Shown: piece by piece, positions 59,154 through 64,000 of the stretch
How positions within the stretch are numbered: position 1 is the first letter of the stretch
Layout of the letters: each line of letters opens with the position of its first letter
IMG/VR virus record: IMGVR_UViG_3300036800_000073
Span: 1 to 64,000 of that record
Direction: 5' to 3' (one strand)
DNA: 64,000 nt
Origin: a virus
The notes under the pieces: model-generated
Databases searched by the model: none
Told to the model about the DNA's origin: nothing
What the model saw: only the letters and a program-made list of their open reading frames with translations
Made by a program: the position numbers and the translations under genes

Positions 59154-60014
59154 CCGATGGGATTCACGGCCAGCTTCGAACGGATAAGCCAAAGCCAGAT
59201 TCTCAAGCAACGGCTCAACATGCTGGCCGCGAAAGCAGTGTATGTGGGGATTCCAGCATCGTCGGCCAATGATCGCAGCAAGAAGCTGCTGTCGATGGCC
59301 GGAACGTTGACCGGCAAGAGCACGACCAGCCGCAAACGGAAAGGCATTCTCGAACGCGCTGCAGACCGCAAGATCACCAATGCTGAGTTGCTCTTTATTT
59401 TCAGCAAAGGATCGCCGATCCGCAATCAGCCACCGCGCCCGGTTCTGGAGCCTGCCATCGAAGCCGATGGCAACCGCCAGGCTATCGCGGCGGAGCTGGC
59501 GGCGGCGACCAAAGCTACGATGGATGGGGAGACGGGAGAAGCTACCCGGAGGCTCAAGCGGGCCGGTGTTGTGGGTGCGAATGCGGCGCGCGGATGGTTT
59601 ACCGATGTCCGCAACGGTTGGGCGCAGAATGCTCCCTCCACCATTCGCGCAAAGCTGGAGAAGATGCGTAGCGGCAAGAAACAAAATCAGGCGTTCGCCA
59701 TCCTCGACGCGGCGCAGACCGGCGCGAGGATGCCGCAGGTGGGACAGAATCCGCTTCTCGATTCGATCAATACGCCGGGCGTCGATACGGGCGCAATGCG
59801 AGCGGCCATTACCTGGGTCCTAAAAAATGACACCACCACAACAAACAGTGAACCCGCTCCTAAAAAAACCACCGGCCCGAGCAATACCGGGGGAATGGAC
59901 ACCGGGGCCGCGCCTACTGCCCAAGCGGGGGCTAACGAGATTCTTGGAGAGGCTGTCGAGGGCATTGAAGCGGCTGGCGAGGGTTTAGCCGAAGGCGGCG
60001 CAATGTTGCTCTAA
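59154..60014 (+). CDS. Neck/tail-completion protein (HK97 gp10-like)
   Basis: VYVGIP, PPRPVL.P, NAPSTI..K, DTG.MR.AIT. Confidence 0.75.
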   Translation, partial: PMGFTASFERISQSQILKQRLNMLAAKAVYVGIPASSANDRSKKLLSMAGTLTGKSTTSRKRKGILERAADRKITNAELLFIFSKGSPIRNQPPRPVLEPAIEADGNRQAIAAELAAATKATMDGETGEATRRLKRAGVVGANAARGWFTDVRNGWAQNAPSTIRAKLEKMRSGKKQNQAFAILDAAQTGARMPQVGQNPLLDSINTPGVDTGAMRAAITWVLKNDTTTTNSEPAPKKTTGPSNTGGMDTGAAPTAQAGANEILGEAVEGIEAAGEGLAEGGAMLL

Positions 60015-60029
60015 CCGGGGAGTCTGCGG

Positions 60030-60605
60030 ATGAAGCGAACTGCGCCGATCCGCCGCACTCCTCTCCGTCGCTACACGCCGATTCGCAAGCGCAGACCGGG
60101 CACGCGTCGCGGCCAGCCAACGGCCGCAGACAAAAAGATACTGCGCGATGTTATCTATCAACTCTCCGGTGGATGCTGCGAACTTCGACTGCACAAGAAT
60201 TGCAGCGGGGCTCGCCTATTGCCTTCCGAGGGCAGCATCTTCGAACGCTGGCACCTGGTTCACATGAGGGGCAAGCGGCGCTTTGGATGGCCCATCGAAG
60301 GCGAGCAGAGGATGAGGGGCGGCTGCTATTGGTGCCATATTGTAGCCATGCATCAGCAGGCATTGAAGCCGGAGGCATTGGGAATGACCGTCGAAACACT
60401 ACATGCACCGCATGGCACGTCGTTAGTTCCTGGAGCGCCGCGCAAGCCCCATCGGTGGCGCTTCTATCCTTCGCGTAGCGACGGAGGCATGGAACCGACT
60501 GATCCAATCTCCGTCTGCGAAGTGTGCGGCCATGAGTATCAAGGTGAGCATGAGTATCAAGGTGAGGATGACGATACGACATGCCCACCATCCGCGAGGT
60601 CGTGA
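60030..60605 (+). CDS. HNH-like basic protein, possibly fused to a second small ORF
   Basis: MKRT.PI.RTPLRR, CE...C, H...KR, CYWCH. Confidence 0.5.
   Translation: MKRTAPIRRTPLRRYTPIRKRRPGTRRGQPTAADKKILRDVIYQLSGGCCELRLHKNCSGARLLPSEGSIFERWHLVHMRGKRRFGWPIEGEQRMRGGCYWCHIVAMHQQALKPEALGMTVETLHAPHGTSLVPGAPRKPHRWRFYPSRSDGGMEPTDPISVCEVCGHEYQGEHEYQGEDDDTTCPPSARS
60531..60566 (+). repeat. 18-bp tandem duplication (HEYQGE x2)
   Basis: catgagtatcaaggtgag twice. Confidence 0.9.
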
Positions 60606-60608
60606 TTC

Positions 60609-60980
60609 ATGTCCGAGATCGATCTGTCCGAAGTAGTCAATGATTCCACGCTCGCCGAAGAGTACACCATTCAACGCTTGACCGGCAGCTTTCAGTTTGG
60701 CGGCTTTGTACCCACGACCACCAGCATTTCCGGCTATGGCGTCGTCTCCGTGGCTACTGAAGAAGACTTGCAGATGGTTCCTGAAGGCGACCGCGTAACG
60801 GGGTCGATGGTCTTCCACTCCGAGCAGCGCATTTATGAAACGCAACTCGACGCCAACGGATCGCAAAAGATCAGCGACCAGATCATCTGGAACTACCAGC
60901 TTTACCGCATTCTTCACGTCGGGCCATATCCGAACCGCAATTACTGGAAAGCTATCGGCGCGCGGATGTCTGGACGTTAA
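60609..60980 (+). CDS. Head-closure/adaptor protein
   Basis: DL..VPEGDR, SD.I.W....Y.I; position in neck module. Confidence 0.75.
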   Translation: MSEIDLSEVVNDSTLAEEYTIQRLTGSFQFGGFVPTTTSISGYGVVSVATEEDLQMVPEGDRVTGSMVFHSEQRIYETQLDANGSQKISDQIIWNYQLYRILHVGPYPNRNYWKAIGARMSGR

Positions 60981-61036
60981 AACTTTGAGCGCGGGCTGAC
61001 CTTGACGGGCCGGCCCGATTTTTTCCGGGGGTAGGC

Positions 61037-61849
61037 ATGACGACTACTACCTATCCGGACGGATCCCAGCTCACTTCGACGGCGCTCACCGATGATCAGA
61101 TACAGACGGCGCTCCAACATGCGACGTGCCAGATGCTGGGCATTCTGGATCAGCCGTGGAACGTAAGCTTCACGCTCACCAATGGGATCGCAGACGCTGG
61201 AGTGTCAAGCCTGCTCAATCTTTATCCCGGCCAGGTCGTCGCCTGTGCGGGAGTTCCGGCAGGAACGATCCTGACTGGATTTGGCGTCGGCAATAGAGTG
61301 ATCCTGAGTGCGGCGGCAACCGAGAGCGGCACATTCGCAGGCAATGTCACCGATCCTGCAGCACCAGCCAAGGTCCGCATCGGCTGGCAGAAGCAAGGCC
61401 AGCCGGGATGGGGAATCGACGACGATACGTGCATCATTCGCTGCACGACAGTCGATTCCGATTTCGGAAGGATGCGCGACATAACGCGCACGGCGGGCGC
61501 GACAACCATCACCGAAACCGATGTCTTCACCAGAGCGTGGCGCACGTTCTGGACGTTCTATGGGCCGAACAGCCTGAACCGAGCGCGAGCGGCGCGATCC
61601 GCGCTGGCCAAGATACCGTTCATCGATGATCTGCTGGCCCAAAACAATCTTTATGTAGACCCCTCGATCAGCGAGCCCCTTCGCGTACCCGAAGAGTTCC
61701 AAGGGGAATGGTGGGAGCGCGTCGATTTGTTCGCGTTGTTCAACGAAGAGATCACCGAAACCTTCGTCGTCAACGCTGTCGCATCGGTCGAAATCATCGG
61801 CTCGACCGAAGCCGGGCCATTTACCGATTTCACCGTATCACTTCCTTGA
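61037..61849 (+). CDS. Tail/neck terminator protein with inserted beta domain
   Basis: VRIGWQ..GQP, YGPNS, WWERVD; position before sheath. Confidence 0.7.
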   Translation: MTTTTYPDGSQLTSTALTDDQIQTALQHATCQMLGILDQPWNVSFTLTNGIADAGVSSLLNLYPGQVVACAGVPAGTILTGFGVGNRVILSAAATESGTFAGNVTDPAAPAKVRIGWQKQGQPGWGIDDDTCIIRCTTVDSDFGRMRDITRTAGATTITETDVFTRAWRTFWTFYGPNSLNRARAARSALAKIPFIDDLLAQNNLYVDPSISEPLRVPEEFQGEWWERVDLFALFNEEITETFVVNAVASVEIIGSTEAGPFTDFTVSLP

Positions 61850-61861
61850 AGGAGTCAGCTT

Positions 61862-63514
61862 ATGGCCACCAATCCGCAGCCGTTGTCGATTATCGCCGAT
61901 GTAACTATCGTTGTGGACTCTCCTGCGGTGAACGGGCCTCCGTTCAACCAGGGACTCTTTATCGGCACCAGCAGCGCCATCCCGAGCTATGGCGTCAATC
62001 CTCGCGTTCGGAAGTATCTGGCGGCAACGTATGTCACCGCCATGCTCGCGGACGGCTATACGCTGACCTCGCCCGAATTCATCTGTATGCAGATCTATTT
62101 CTCGCAGTCTCCGCAGCCGCAGGCGGGCTGGGCGGGACGACAGGATCTGACAGCCATCCAGTCAGCGGTGCCAAGCGGCCGCACCGTGATCGACGGCGCG
62201 ATGTCGTCGGTCACCGATCCCACGTTTCTGGATTCGGTCACTGCCGACTTCCAAGATGGCGATGTGGGAGCCCAGGTCATCGTTGTAGGCGCGGGCGTGG
62301 CGGGCGTGGATCTGGTCACCACCATTGCCTCCGTCACCAGCACTACCGAGGCCATACTAACGGTTGGAGCCTCAACGACGGTAGCGGGCGCGGTAGCGGA
62401 GATCGGAGCCTACGGCAAGAATTACAAAGTGGGCGATCAGGTCGGCGTCACGCAAGGCGGCGCATCGTTCGGTGTGCTGACTGTGGCCACCATCGGGCCG
62501 GATGGCCAAGTGCTCACGCTCAACACGGCCTTTGGCAAGCAGGGGACCGGCTATGCGATAGCCAGCGGCGTGGCTACGACAGGCGGGAGCGGAACCGGCC
62601 TAGACATCAACATCACCGCCATCGGCGAAACTCCGCTTCAAGCGGCGATTGCCTGCCGCGCGGCCTCACCGTCCTGGTATGCCTTCATGTGCACCAGCGA
62701 AACAACCTCGGATGTCGAGGCGATCTCCGCCTGGGTGCTTTCGCAGATCGGCACCTACTATCTTGCGACGACGCAGGATGTGGCATCGCTCAATGGCACC
62801 ACGCCGAGTCTTCTGAGCGTTCTGTTCGGCGCGAGCAGCAAGCGGACCTGGGTCCAGTGGGCGAGCACGCAAAGCGGACTCTATCCCAACCAGATTTACT
62901 TTACTGCCGCGGTGATGGGATGCGCTATGGCGGCGAACACGCAACTTGCCGGCTCCGCTTACAGCATGAAGTTCTCGGCGGGCGTCCCTCTCGCCGGTGT
63001 CTATGTGGAGCCACTGACCGCCGCGCAGATCGCGAACATCGAAGGCCCGGACACGGATACCGGACCCAACGGGAACCTGTTCATCAACTATGCCAATTCC
63101 TTCAATGTGCTCGAACAAGGGACGAGTTGTGCATCCGGCCAATTCTTCGACGAGATCCTGAATCTCGACATTCTGGCTTCGAACATTCAGTACAACATCC
63201 TGAATGTGCTTTCAACGCTGCCCAAGGTTCCGCAGACGGAGCCAGGCCAAGCCCAGCTTGAGCAGGCCGTGAAAGCCGCCCTTGCTCTATCGGCCTCGAC
63301 CGGCTTTGTTGCGCCTGGCATCTGGCAGGGCCGAACCGTGCTGGGACTGACGCCTGGTACGCCACTGCCGCAAGGCTACCTGGTGCAGTCTCCGAAATAC
63401 TCCACGCAAAGCTCCGCTGACCGGCAGCTACGCAAGGCGATGCCGATCTATGTGTGCCTGATCGAGGCCGGGGCCGTGCACTTTGTCGTGATCAGCGTAT
63501 TGGTTCAGCGGTAA
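61862..63514 (+). CDS. Tail sheath protein (DUF3383-type)
   Basis: YFSQ.P.P, WYAF, MKF, G...SG.FFDE, KVPQT..G, GF.APG.W, GAVH. Confidence 0.9.
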   Translation: MATNPQPLSIIADVTIVVDSPAVNGPPFNQGLFIGTSSAIPSYGVNPRVRKYLAATYVTAMLADGYTLTSPEFICMQIYFSQSPQPQAGWAGRQDLTAIQSAVPSGRTVIDGAMSSVTDPTFLDSVTADFQDGDVGAQVIVVGAGVAGVDLVTTIASVTSTTEAILTVGASTTVAGAVAEIGAYGKNYKVGDQVGVTQGGASFGVLTVATIGPDGQVLTLNTAFGKQGTGYAIASGVATTGGSGTGLDINITAIGETPLQAAIACRAASPSWYAFMCTSETTSDVEAISAWVLSQIGTYYLATTQDVASLNGTTPSLLSVLFGASSKRTWVQWASTQSGLYPNQIYFTAAVMGCAMAANTQLAGSAYSMKFSAGVPLAGVYVEPLTAAQIANIEGPDTDTGPNGNLFINYANSFNVLEQGTSCASGQFFDEILNLDILASNIQYNILNVLSTLPKVPQTEPGQAQLEQAVKAALALSASTGFVAPGIWQGRTVLGLTPGTPLPQGYLVQSPKYSTQSSADRQLRKAMPIYVCLIEAGAVHFVVISVLVQR

Positions 63515-63587
63515 ACAACGACGTTTTTCACGGGTCGGCCTTATTTAGGCTTGCGCCACAACAAGCGCGATCAGGAAAGGGCGAATC

Positions 63588-64000
63588 ATGAGTACCTACG
63601 CATTCAAGAATATCGTCGGCAGCTTCACGCACCCGGATGTGGGGCTCTATGCTTTCGCGGGACAGATCGGCGTCAAGCAAATGACGATTACCAATTCAGT
63701 GGAACGCGGCATGATCGATGTCGCTTCCGATGGCGCAATCATGGTCAGCTATGTGGCCGGGGCAAATGGCACCATTGACATCGAAATGCAGCAGCAAAGT
63801 AGCCTGCACGAGTTCTTGACAACGTGGGCGAATACCGTCTTCACGCTGGCCGACAACGGGGATGCCTCGAACTTCGCAGCGGCGGCAATCCTGATTAAAG
63901 ACTTGCTGACCGGACAATCGAAGAGCCTTACCGGCGTCTTCCCGGTCAAGATTCCGGATGTGCCATACGGTCACGCTGGCGCCACCCTGACCTGGAGAAT
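63588..64000 (+). CDS. Tail tube protein (DUF3277-like), truncated by window end
   Basis: MSTYAFKNIVGS..ASDG..MVS..AG.NG.I.IE.QQ.S; follows sheath; open to the end. Confidence 0.8.
   Translation, partial: MSTYAFKNIVGSFTHPDVGLYAFAGQIGVKQMTITNSVERGMIDVASDGAIMVSYVAGANGTIDIEMQQQSSLHEFLTTWANTVFTLADNGDASNFAAAAILIKDLLTGQSKSLTGVFPVKIPDVPYGHAGATLTWR

Larger units (their letters stand above)
1..64000. mobile_element. Tailed phage/prophage genome segment (myovirus-type morphogenesis operon plus large accessory region)
   Basis: Terminase, portal, MuF, protease/scaffold, capsid, neck, sheath and tube genes in canonical order; dense small phage-like ORFs; no host housekeeping genes; boundaries not in window. 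Confidence 0.97.

Noticed and set aside
1-64000. Integrase/att sites, CI repressor, lysis cassette, reverse transcriptase/DGR
   Set aside because: No supporting motifs found in this window; they may lie outside it.

Overview
The window is a 64-kb segment of a large, high-GC tailed phage or prophage with a contractile tail. No integrase, clear CI repressor, lysis cassette or host flank is visible. 1-36.8 kb is a mostly minus-strand early/accessory region of many small genes. It includes a radical SAM enzyme, C5 and N6 DNA methyltransferases, two other SAM methyltransferases, a TGT/DpdA-like protein, a GT87 glycosyltransferase, Ku, a WGR-ATP-dependent ligase, a HerA-like ATPase, a SpoU/TrmH enzyme, an HD (small alarmone hydrolase-like) protein and ParB. 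At least 10 sigma70-type promoters in this region share a 17-bp operator. A plus-strand island at 25.7-27.6 kb holds four Y-RNA-like genes, two with permuted tRNA-like domains, followed by a terminator and Ro60/Rsr. 36.9-41.8 kb holds a replication initiator with internal iterons, ASCH-like and HNH genes, a candidate ~215-nt structured RNA and HicAB. 41.9-64 kb is the morphogenesis operon: terminase, portal, MuF, DUF2213 protease/scaffold, cement, DUF2184 capsid, neck, DUF3383 sheath and tube. The most striking candidate new system lies between portal and MuF. Three unrelated enzymes (RelA/SpoT-type alarmone synthetase, inorganic pyrophosphatase, topoisomerase IB) share an N-terminal FANSLD..LD leader, suggesting a protease-processed capsid-cargo address tag. 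All family assignments come from motif recognition by eye; no searches were run.
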